A stretch of 64,000 nucleotides of DNA, from positions 14,136,001 to 14,200,000 of the forward strand of contig NC_092672.1 of assembly GCF_964355755.1 (NCBI RefSeq), read 5' to 3'. The stretch comes from Antedon mediterranea (lineage: Eukaryota; Animalia; Echinodermata). Position 1 is the first letter of the stretch, and each line of letters starts with the position of its first letter. Under the pieces are notes generated by a model. That model saw only the letters and a program-made list of their open reading frames with translations. It ran no database searches and was not told the origin of the DNA. Of the stretch, positions 25,401 to 37,400 are shown one piece after another. Made by a program: the position numbers and the translations under genes.

Positions 25401-28400
25401 AAACAAGGCAATAAGCCATCATTTGGGGTCTTCTCTAGAAGAAATCAAGTTTCTTGTCTCGAGAAAGACCCCACAAACAATACAGATACATATAAACTAA
25501 TACAATTTACTACTTAAAATAATAAATAAAACAAAAAAACGATGGAAGAAAAATAGATACATTCAGTGAACTACAATCATAATAATATTAAAATTAGTAT
25601 AAAGAAATAAGATATTTGTTTAAATTTTTACAAAAATTATAAAGAGATTTCACTCTTCCCTTGTTCTAACTATTGTATAAAGATGTATGTTATTTTTAAA
25701 GAACCCATAATAAACATTTATTATTTATCTACAGTATACCTTAGCAAAAAATGTCAACTTTTTCAAAATGCATTTTAACATTTCGGAAAAGATTTCAATC
25801 TTTGGATATTTACACATCAAATTGGCTAATTTACAACATAAGATTACAATGTTACAATATAAGATTTTTTCTTGAGAAAACACACAAATTTCAGGTAGAT
25901 CCCCAGGCGACCTATGATATTATTTTCTACAGCACTAAAATTTGTAATTCTTTATGCAGAAGGTGAGACCTGGATTTGTAAACCAAATGGTATGAATCAA
26001 GGCAAAGGTATCTACCTCGTACGTGACCTCAGTGAGTTGAAAGAAAAGTACAGTGATGTTCAAGCTGATAAACCTCCAAAAAGAAAGCTGAGACCACATG
26101 CTAATCAGAGATTGATTCAGAGGTAAATACAATGAAACAATGATGATTATTACATAGAATCTCTATTTAATGATCATGTATTTATTTAGAGAACAATAAG
26201 GCATAATGATTAGAAATTGGACTGTCAGGTGAGAACCTGTATGCACCATTTGTTTATGTCCTCAGAATAGAATGTTGCTTTGTCTTTCAAGAGAACTATG
26301 AAGCCAAAGCATAAGCCACATGTGCACAATAAATAATTAGGTTGCAGAACAGAAGCTGTGTGCCAGACAGGGGTCCACGTACAGAACACTAAAAGCAAAA
26401 AAAGAACTAATAGCATTATAGTGCAACACTAACAGTACACTACAAATGTAGGCCTACCTATAAGTTAGAATACTTAAATGCAATCAACCCTGATAAATAA
26501 CTGGCTACACTATTCAGACAGTGAATGGTATCCTCATTTTCTAAGGATCATTAAATTAAGTGTTAAATCAGAAGATCTGTAAATTATATTGCATAGGTCA
26601 TATTTTGATAGAATGTATATACAAAATATAAAAAGTATAGCTGCTGTAGAGTAATTACAAGTCAACTTTATACATTTAAGGTAATTTTATATTATAACAA
26701 AAAATACTTTAATACATTGTATGAAAGGATTCCACTTTAAATTGTAAAAACGTTTCACTACATATAGGTACATTCCGAATCCTTTGCTGTTGAATGGTAA
26801 GAAGTTTGACGTCCGATCATACATGTTGATAGCTTCCACCACACCATTCATTGTATTCTTCCATCAAGGTTATTGCAGGTTGTCTTGCGATAAATATGAT
26901 CCAGATAGTCATGATTTGGCTCTACATCTCACCAATCAGGTAAGACACTAGCTTCACACATTCCATAATGCGTGATGGATACTTAGTACTTACTTACTGT
27001 TTTTTCAGAGGCAACTTTGATTCTGGCTTTTGTTGTTCCAGCTTTTGTTTGTATTAATTGTGATTTAATTACAGGTGCTTGACATGTATAGCATACGTAT
27101 GCCACCACATAGAATATATCATCATCATGGACTATTGACTGACATGACTCTCCATTTAACTCTATCGTCTACCAGTGCTCTCTAAAGCTTGGTTCTTAGG
27201 TGACAACGCAAGGACGTAAGCGCAACGCAAGCAAATTGACCAATGACAACCATCAGTTCAGATAATCCATCTCTTATTATTGGTCAAATTACTTACGTTG
27301 TGCTTACAACCTGAGAACCAAGCTTAAGATAGCTTGTGATGTGGTTACTCTTTACTTTCCTGCTCTTATACCAGTGTATATCCTGCACAAATATGTCACA
27401 CAATGACAATTGACTCAAGATCCATCTATAACATAATGTTAACAAAAACATGCGATAACAACTAGTGGTTGACATAAATTCATGTAGTGTTAGTTATTGA
27501 TGAAAAGCAAGTTTTGTAACTTGAACATCATAGATTTGTTATGTTATTAAGCTGTTTTTAGGGGCTACTGCAGAATAATTGTTAAAGGGCAAAAGACGGA
27601 ACAACATTGTTTTTGATCCATTTTCATCTACAATCTATACAAAGTGTAAGGTAATTTCTACCAACATGATACCATCTACAGTATTTATGATTTTAGATAT
27701 CAATTTTATTTTATTTTTAGTATCAACAAAAGAAAAATCCAAGTTATCAAGATGTTAAGGAAGACACAGTGTGGAGTATGGAACGCTTCAATGAATATGT
27801 AAATTCATTAGCAAGTGAGAAAGGTCTTAGCAAGGACTGGGTTCTCAACTCATTCACAGTAAGTGAACTCTGAGAAAGGTCTTAGTAAGGACTGGGTTCT
27901 CAACTCATTCACAGTAAGTGAACTCTGTGAGAAAGTTCTGAGTAAGGACTGGGTTATCAACTCCTTCACAGTAAGTGAACTCTGTGAGAAAGGTCTTAGT
28001 AAGGACTGGGTTCTCAACTCCTTCACAGTAAGTGAACTCTGTGAGAAAGTTCTGAGTAAAGACTGGGTTATCAACTCCTTCACAGTAAGTGAACTCTGTG
28101 AGAAAGTTCTGAGTATGGACTGGGTTCTCAACTCCTTCACAGTAAGTGAACTCTTTGAGAAAGTTCTTAGTAAGGACTGGGTTCTCAACTCCTTCACAGT
28201 AAGTGAACTCTGTGAGAAAGTTCTGAGTAAGGACTGGTTCTCAACTCATTCACAGTAAGTGAACTCTGTGAGAAAGTTCTGAGTAAGGACTGGGTTCTCA
28301 ACTCCTTCACAGTAAGTGAACTCTGTGAGAAAGTTCTGAGTAAGGACTGGTTCTCAACTCCTTCACAGTAAGTGAACTCTGTGAGAAAGTTCTTAGTAAG

Positions 28401-30033
28401 GACTGGGTTCTCAACTCCTTCACAGTAAGTGAACTCTTTGAGAAAGTTCTGAGTAAGGACTGGGTTCTCAACTCCTTCACAGTAAGTGAACTCTGCGAGA
28501 AAGTTCTTAGTAAGGACTGGGTTCTCAACTCCTTCACAGTGAGTGAACTCTGCACATACTTCTGCAAATCAAATTGACCTTTATTTCGTACATATTCCAT
28601 TTGTTAGTTTGAATGGAGGTACTTCATGGTTTTTGTAGTAACATTTTGCATCTGTAAGGTATTATTCTTTTACTGATCCTTCTGGGCCCCCATACAAATC
28701 TTAATACAGTAGAATCCCTATTAAGGGAACACCGTCGGCACCCAAATAAGGTGTCTACTTAATATAGTTTACTCTAAATAGGGATTGGCTATATTGTTAA
28801 TGTTAAAACATACTTCTCCACATTTGTTTCACAGGAAATAAACATTTAGGGTGTCCCCTGAATATGGGTCATGTCCAAAAGGAGGTGGTTTTTGTACTAA
28901 GATGCCTACTGTCTCAGGTTTTTTTTTTCATAATACCAGTTCATTGGTTCTTAGGTTAAAATCCTATTGGTTACAGTAAAACCAACATTAGTCCTCATTA
29001 ACAACCTACACTACTTTATTTCCAAAGACAAGATGGAACATTAAAGTTACAAATTATTGTGTAGCATTCATTCCTGCTTTTAATAAATTGATCGACTTGC
29101 TTTATTGTATTATCAAACTAAAGTTTTGTTTGTTTAATTTCTTTCAGAAACAAATGATGAAAATTATGACACACTGTTTTCATGCTGTTAAGAATAAATT
29201 AGAATGTCGCTATGGATTCTTTGAATTATTGGGCTTTGATTTTCTTGTTGATACAGACTTCAATGTAAGTACATTACACATGATACAAGTTACAGAAAAT
29301 ACAATTATTATTAGCTGAGATGTTGCAGTATTTAAAGCAATTTCCATTGAATAATTATTCATGAATGTCCAACTAACTTATAAATATGCATATCCCCTAC
29401 TAATGTGTTACTGATATCCATTATATATTATTCCTTGTTCTATTTTCAGATTTATGTTTTGGAGATAAATTGTAACCCAGCATTACACACAAACTGTGAG
29501 GTTTTGAAGCAACAACTACCACCAATGATAGAGGAAACATTAGGTTAGTGCGAGACTAGATGTATTTTAAAAAGAAATTTAAGTTTCAAATATTAAAAAC
29601 ACAAAAAATAATGCAGAGGTCAACTTAATTCCTTTTTGGTCTTTCAATTCATTTTATAAACTACATTATGAAAATGCTGCACAATATTGTCAAAAATATC
29701 TAAAATATAATTATGTCTATAAAATTACACTAACAAATATTTCAATTATTAATATTATAATTTACAGATATTGTTATTGAAGTATTTGAAAAGACGATGA
29801 AGCACAAAACAATAAATCCTATCCATTCAGTGAGGAGGTTTATACAGCTGTACAATACAGACACTAAAAGAGTTTCTTCTAGTAGACCAAAATCACTAAG
29901 TCCAACTAGACCACGTCCTACACCGATGTCACCGGTCAAGAAGAAACAAGCGCCACCAGCGCAAGCCAACCAACAAACACCACCGAACAAAGCTAAAGAA
30001 AGAACCAAAAGTACAACATCATTAAGAACATGA
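22467..30033 (+). CDS. TTLL10: Protein polyglycylase TTLL10 (tubulin-tyrosine-ligase-like ATP-grasp), 9 exons
   Basis: Exons 22467-22653, 23066-23184, 25100-25306, 25960-26122, 26768-26939, 27721-27858, 29148-29264, 29450-29543, 29768-30033, all GT-AG and phase-consistent (486 aa from ATG 22469). TTLL10-type [11 protein letters not shown]...GWRRIHD...LLTTKTGL and TTL core [54 protein letters not shown] in NQGKG is the elongase-type residue. Confidence 0.93.
23279..24890. repeat. 24-bp intronic minisatellite split into two arms by a transposon
   Basis: Unit AACATATACAGACAACAGTACGTT; arms ~23279-23614 and 24241-24890; explains the repetitive ORFs at 23201-24881. Confidence 0.97.
23615..24240. 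mobile_element. Non-autonomous DNA transposon with TTAA TSD (Kolobok-like), 626 bp
   Basis: TTAA at 23611-23614 and 24241-24244; imperfect TIRs AGACCCCTTCCCTGC / GTAGGGAATGGGGCT. AG...CT termini with a TTAA TSD fit Kolobok better than piggyBac. Confidence 0.75.
27186..27324. mobile_element. PIF/Harbinger-type MITE, related to the copies at 51777 and 53103
   Basis: TAA flanks on both sides; TIR AGCTTGGTTCT / AGAACCAAGCT; internal AACGCAAG subrepeats. Confidence 0.7.
27816..28551 (+). repeat. 57-bp tandem repeat of a TTLL10 exon 3' end plus its splice donor, 13 copies
   Basis: Unit GAGAAAG(G/T)TCT(T/G)AGTAAGGACTGGGTTCTCAACTC(A/C)TTCACA|GTAAGTGAACTCTGT; copy 1 overlaps coding exon 27721-27858. 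Confidence 0.95.
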
Positions 30034-31745
30034 ACATATCATCCATGTTTGTTGATGTTATCTGGTAGAGGCATTATTATTGTAATACAGTATTAGGAAA
30101 TTTGGGCAACCTCCGTATCTGTATGGGTAAAATTTCACATTTTATCACACATTCTGTGTAGCTTGACTTGAGAATAAATAACAAATGTTGACTAGGCCTG
30201 GGCTAGATATGTTGGTAAACATAGAGGCCTAGGCTAGATGCGTCGATGAACCCAGCCTAGGCCTATCTCCTACATATATTTAGCCCTCTAATGGTACGTA
30301 AAATGATTTTTCCCAAATGAAAAAAGCTACAAATTCAAACATATCCATATATGTGTTGTCAGACAGATTCGTATGCGTATACGTAAGCTTGCCCAAACTC
30401 TCCTGTAACTTACTCCTCAGAACTCACAACTATACTATATACCAGGTTTATGCTTGCATTAAACACTATTTATATTACTGTGACATACAAAATGACATTG
30501 AAAAATAATCAATCTTGATCAATGAAAATGATTTCCATTTGTTTAATTAAGAAACAAGATTATTATACAATACAAAGAATATAAACAGAAATATTGTAAA
30601 GTGATCATGACAATTTTCTTTTAAAACATATTTCTAATGCCATCTTCATTGTTCTTGCCAGTTTTGCTAGTTTTTTATTTTAACAGTTTTATACTTTTAC
30701 ATTTGTTTCTTTATCCTAAATCTGCATTATATGCTGCATAATTATTATAAGCTGCATAATTATTATAAGCTTCATGATTGTGTAGCACTGCAATATAATT
30801 AATAAGTTTAGAATGTTGTTTCAATATTTATGCCAACATCTATTCATATATAAAGCATCATTGGTAAGTGTATCATTCAGTAATATAAAAAAACAAAACA
30901 AAAAAGCTTTTTACATATTATGTTATTAAAATATAATTTTTATAAATTCTTTCAAATGTCCATAAAGGCAACATTTAACTTTGATTATTTAGTTGTAGTA
31001 GAATATTACTACTACTAGCCCACATCTTTTTCTCTTTATTTTTTTATGAGGTAATATGAGAGAACAATTTGATTCTGTTTGTTTTTTAATATATTTTTAT
31101 ATTAATTATCAATTCAATCTCTATTGAATTTAAATAAGTTGTAGTTGTGTAGGCTTATAGATATTATTCAATAAGTTAAGTGTGAATAGGTATAGCCAAA
31201 TTGTTAGATAAACACATTACATATTGGCTTGAAAATGTATTGATCATTCCATATAATTGTGCAATTATTTGCTAACTTCTTTGAAGTGATAATTTAGGAA
31301 ATAAAGCATGTTATTGTAAACAAATTTTAACTTACTAAAGTCGGTTTTAAAAAATAATTGTTGTAGGCTAAAATGCATGGTGAAAATATGCAATATTTTA
31401 ATTAATGTATTTGAACACTAACAGTTTGATGTCTTGTTATACAAGTTATTATTTATTTTTGTGATACTTGTAATTGATGAGTATGTGTGTCTGCAACTAA
31501 TCCTTGTTACAAACTGAAATATGAATTAGCTTTTTTATGACTGAATTTGTTTATTAACTGGTTCCTAATCTTAATGTATGTCTGTGACGTTGGTTCACCC
31601 TTATTTCCATACCGTATAGAGTAGTAGATCAATTCAAATATTCTTCTTTTATTATAATGCAGTATTTAATGTCCTGGTTCTTTTCTTTTCTACTGAATTG
31701 TTTATAGAATAGTCATAAATATGTGCAATTATTGTGTATATAATT

Positions 31746-31766
31746 ATGTGTGTGTGTGTGTGTGTG
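31746..31766. repeat. (TG)n microsatellite
   Basis: About 10 TG units. Confidence 0.9.
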
Positions 31767-33504
31767 ATAATTATAGGAAAGCCCTCCATTCTCTGTTTGC
31801 TTGTATGGTAATTCTGCAATAAATAGCAAAAATATATCTTATTGTTTATTTAACATTTGTGAGGTTTTTACACCCAACATAGAAACAAAAACATTCACAA
31901 ACATTGTAAATATCCTACGAGAACTTTGATGGGTAATATATTTTGGTTACCAAAAATGCACATTTTTATTTAACAAAAAATATGAAGGCCACAGATATCC
32001 TGTGATACCATATAAGATGGTACAAAGTGCAATGGGTATGGAAGATTATTACAATGATCATAGCAAAAAGGGTCTAACAAACAAACAAAATATATACACT
32101 GAAACATACATATAATAAAATGTTCATACAAATTTAAAAATCAAGACTACAAATAATGCTAGACAATAAAACAAATATTAAACAAGAAATATTTCTTACA
32201 AAAAAACGGCGCTCCACTTTTTGGGTAACAATTTTAATTATTGGTTTTTTTTTATTGACTTTTTATCCAATTTTTTTGGATTAAAAGTCAGTAGTAATCA
32301 TTTTGTTTAACGTAAATATAGTCTGAAAGTGAAAACAAAAACATCAATTTAACTTTCCGAACACACTGCTCAGACTTTTCAGCACATTCGCATAAAATGT
32401 ATGTTGTTAGCTCAGTGATCACATTGTTTAACATTAGCATAACATAGCCAGGAACGTAACCACCACGCGAATTGTTCACCGAAAATACGCCTTTTTCACG
32501 ATACGGAAGCGCCAACCATATTATTTTCAGAGGCCAACTTACAAATTCATAACTCATTAACGGACAGTAATTATGGACCTACTCTTTGCTTTAAACTGTA
32601 CTAGATTAGCCTATTATAAAAGCTGTTTGGACTTGCATATTTGTACTATTGTACTAAGTGCTAAGACGATGTTGAAAAAAAATACCTTTGTGGGGTGTCA
32701 AAATGCTATTTGACCCCCACGATTTATTTTGGGAGGTCAGTTGCCCACCCCAGATTAAAGGTTTTAAACTCCACACATCGTTTTTCAAATCAAATATTAA
32801 AATTAGAATACCCAAACACGTTTGTAATGTTTTTTAAACATTTAAATTCTATAAACTACAATAATATACATTCTTAACGTTTTAAAATAAATGTTCTATT
32901 ATCCAAACAATATTGCGTTCTTTATACGTTTAAAACCGTTTTCAAAATACGTTATTTTAACGCTTGACGCTTACGTATGATAACACACTTTTTTCAAAAC
33001 TAAACAATACGTTCTGATATCGGAAGTGAACGGGTGATTATTACACATAACTGACAATACGTGTCGTAATTCAATAAAACTCTTTTTTGTGTCTTGTAGT
33101 TTTGCCAGAATTCTGACCAGTGAACTGAATATTATGTTTAAAAGAAGTAGTTGTGTAAAGAGAAATATGTTGGTTTGTGGTCCGAGTCAAATGGATCGAA
33201 TTTGAAATATTTGAAAATTATAAATAATATTCAAATTGAGATGGAATGAGTGAGAAAAAATCATATTCATTTATTTCCTGAAAAAAGAAAGCAATGGATT
33301 GGAATGGGATAGCGGAGGGGAGGAATCTAGGAATCTTATCCATCCATCAGTGTCAAGACGACGATACGCGTGCGACATAGACAACACCTTTGCTGCTTAT
33401 GGCGCCCCATAAAGTACCATCTATCATAAACAGCGCCGCTCAACTTTATTCTACCACCACCAGTTTGTGGTGCGTAAACAACTTACATAACATCAAAGAT
33501 AGTG

Positions 33505-34387
33505 GGCGCTAGTTCCGTTTCGCACCTGTTTTTATTTCGACTTCCTTTTGACTCCAAATTGTTAAGCAACTTATTGTGAATACCACATCTTAAAATTGGG
33601 CCTCATAAGTACTTTTATGAAGAAGAATCACATAAAAAGTAACAAATAAATCCTTAAATTGATGATTTTACAAACATGTTTCTCGCATACCGTTCGCCGC
33701 GAATTTAGCATACTCGAAGTTCAATATTTTTGTTTCTATGGAGCGCCAAAAGAGCAACAACAATAGATGGTTAAAACCTCAGTGGAATGCGTCTTCTTTT
33801 AATGCATTTATTATTGAAATACACGTTTAATTTTAATATATTTTGTCAATAAAAATGCTGTAACATTTTACTGCTAATAATTTGCTGTTGTCAAATAGCA
33901 ACCAACCCTAGGCCTAAGAGTAAGACTATTATTTAGATTAAGGTATACCCCTACAGTACATGTAATATGATGATAAATTTGTCGATTTTCATTCCTAAAA
34001 GCTCCTGCAAAAACCATGTACAGTATCAACAGTAATATTTTTGTTGCATTGACATTGACAAAATATGATAAAATTAAACGTAATTTTCACCAATAAATGC
34101 ATTAAATATACGAAATTTACTGAGTTTTTAGCCCTCTATTATGATTGCTCTTTTGGCGCTCCATAGAAACAACAACATTGAACATGGAGTATGCGAAATT
34201 CACGAACCGATGTGCGAGAAACACGTCTGTAAATTCATCAATTTAAAGGATTTATTTTTTACTTTTTGTGTGATCTCCTTCGTAAAAGTATTTTTGAGGC
34301 CTAATTCTAAGGTGTGGTACTCACGATAAAGTTACTTAACCAATTTTGAGTCGAAATAAACGACAGGTGCGAAACGGAACTAGCGCC
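33505..34387. mobile_element. Foldback non-autonomous DNA transposon with 8-bp TSD (Merlin-like), 883 bp
   Basis: TSD AGATAGTG at 33497-33504 and 34388-34395; termini GGCGCTAGTTCCGTTTCGCACCTGT / ACAGGTGCGAAACGGAACTAGCGCC; imperfect inverted arms of ~350 bp. A GG start with an 8-bp TSD fits Merlin, but hAT is not excluded. Confidence 0.85.
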
Positions 34388-34466
34388 AGATAGTGTAACA
34401 TTTAACAACCTGAATCTGAAAACGTACAACAGCAGCAGTAGTACTAAAAATCAAACAGTTTCAAGA

Positions 34467-37400
34467 ATGACGTATTTTAAGGTTTTAACAGTCGTGGTGG
34501 TTTTGTTAGGCATTTGGCAGTTGTCTAGTGACGCTTTTATGATCAAGCCGTTCAAACTCAATTCTTTGCATGCTTCATGTCATGTAAATTGGTAGGTGGT
34601 AAATGCAATTGGGTAGGCCAGGCTATATATACCTGACGGAGGCTGTAGAGTGTCTTATGTAAACTTTAAAGTCATGTGATAATGATTGTGCTTGTATAGT
34701 GTGTTGCTTGTGTGTGATCTCTCAATATAGAACATGTACTAAAAACTATACTCAATTAAAGGTAAAGTCCATTGAATAGGAAATTTAATGTTGGAGATAG
34801 CAACACATTAGATTGAATTTAAAATTGCGCAAGGAATCCTATCCTTGAACAATTTTAAATTGTGCAATGATTTTTGTTACATATAAAATGACCTGTGAGT
34901 AAGTTAGATCATGGATTAATGAATATTCATTAATCCATGGTTGGATGGAGCATTGAAACAATTTTTTAGTCATTGAAAGGGGTCAGTCTGATTTAACCGG
35001 AAACAAACCGAAAACAAACCGAAAACAAAATAGAAAAATCTAAATACCAAAAACAAATTTGTATAATATTGTATGTCGCCCTCTACTGATTTAAAACAAA
35101 ATTATACAAATTTGTTTTCGGTATTTAGAATATTTTATTTGTTTTCGGTTTGTGGTTGTTTTCAATTGTTTATGGTCGTTTTCGAGTAATTAGACTGACC
35201 GATTAGACTGACCAATTTTAAGTGGTGGGTATGACAAAATACAATGCATCAGTGCCAACTCAAGGCTTTTCACCTACGGTATTTATTAATGCAGTGAAAT
35301 TGGAAAAGATTACATGCTGGGGCGTTTTATTTTATAGCTATCCTATGTACCTAATTGTGTTTTAATCACACATACAGCAACTCCCAGCATACAGTGGGAA
35401 GTTGGTGGACATTTTGTGTGAATTTCATTTAAGGTCTGCAACATTTTTCAGTGGCCAATGAGTGAGACAAAATAAATTGAAAATTTACATAGCGTATTTT
35501 CAACCTTTTTTCTTTATTACTTTTGTGGTTGATGATCCCTTTTCACATTTGTTGTTTTCACATTTATGGCCGTTTTCACATTTGGGGGTTCAACAATCTA
35601 TTTAGAATTAAAATAACATCCTATATGTATAATTTTCCACTGAATATAGGCATTCTGTGTTAGCTTTTATCGACCATAAAATATACAGTAGTAACAGGAT
35701 AACATGAGCTATGCTCAAATCAAATAATTATTAATAATATTGTTTTTTCTTCAAATTGCCAATTTCAAAATAATGTTTTTTCTGAACATTTTTATGGATG
35801 TGTGATACAGTATATACCCGAGACCTAAAAAATTGTCCCTCCATGAGTGAGTGAAACTTGCATATTATTATTATTATGCGTGAAAAGTACAGTATGAACA
35901 CGTACCTGTAGAAACAATATTATATAGTGTATTAGACTACATTTACAATACAATTGTTTATGTATGTATGCATTTTGTACCTGTATTAATAGAAACTACA
36001 TTTTCTGACAAATATTTGATGAATATTAGCTATACTATATTTCCACAGGACATTTGGAATAAATTGTTCTGATGTGCAGAATAAGTTGGTCAACCAAGTA
36101 AACAAATGGAGCGGCCGAACATATTGTCCAGATAACAAAGGAGAAAAATGTTTGTATGAGGTATTCATTATTTTTCAATATCAAGTTTTTTTAAAAGGGA
36201 TGAAGGGGGAAGGAGATGTAGGGGCCTACAGTAGCTTTATTTCAAAATGGATTAAAAATAGGCATGTTTTAAAACAAATTTTTATGTCTCGTTATTGCAC
36301 TTTCAGATTTACTAACATTCTGCGCTGAGTGTGAAAATGTTCATGTGACACAAAAATGCTCAAAATGTCTGGAACTTGCTCTGCATTGAATTAAAATTGT
36401 AATAGTTTATGTAACTTCTTTGCAATTTATATATTAATTGTCTTTTGTCACCCGTAACGGCGGAGAAAATTTGTACAGTAATTAAGTTTGATTTTGTTTA
36501 ATCCTGTCACAGGTTTTGTTGTGTTTATCTGTACGGATCACTATAAAATTAATACTCTCATTACTAAATATCCACAAATGTAAAACACATTTGAATTGCA
36601 ACAAAGTTACTAAACTATTACAAGTGGCAATGTTACCGTCATTATTTTATTAAAAATGTGTCTACAAATAATAATTATTAGGTTGATCAGTCTATTCATT
36701 GATTTGTGCTGATTGTGTGTATAATAGCAATTTGCATACAAATACAATTGAATTCAAATTACATAGACCCAATCATTTTTAACTGCACAACTTGTTGCTG
36801 GTAAGATGAGCTTTAATATTATCACTATTCAATACCTTGTACCTCCATGTTTTGTTTTTTTTTTGGAAATTGAGTTTGTGTCAGGGGTATGTATCATGCA
36901 CAAAATGGTGACAAGAGCTACAGGCAATCATAAAGCAGAACATTGTGTTTTTAGATGCCTATACAATTCAAGAGTTTGAATCGTACATACAAGTTTTTGA
37001 AACAACAACAGATTTAATTTAGAAAAAACGTCAGCAAAGCCTTTTAATTTATGTCATTTTTATGTGAAATTATTCAAAATACTTTATTTAAATTTTGTTT
37101 AGATTTTATTGGAATATGTGTTTTTTTATAGCAATGTTAGATTTGCAGATTCGATTATATAATAATTGCAGTATAAATTATTTGTTACCAGATTGTTAAG
37201 AAGAATATGACGAACTTAGACACAAAGCATACAACACCTTCTAAAGGTTATGTTGATGATCAATTCTTTGCCTTCTATCAAAACTCATCTGGTATCTGTC
37301 TTACAACGGTAAAAGCTTTTCATGTTTTCTTTGTATAAAGTAGAGAAAGAACAGCAGTTCAATAGCTATCAATACATAATAATTGGATCAATATTATAAA

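Noticed and set aside
336-28551. Repeat arrays as CRISPR-like loci
   Set aside because: Head-to-tail units with no unique spacers, no cas genes, and a eukaryotic intronic context.
27850-28600. ORFs with 19-aa repeats as an extended TTLL10 exon
   Set aside because: In-frame TGA 12 nt after the first donor and 1-bp deletions in later units; the TTL domain continues properly at exon 29148.
28705-28900. TACAGTAGAATCCC-starting Tigger/pogo-like MITE
   Set aside because: The left end is suggestive but the right TIR and TSD are too decayed to delimit.
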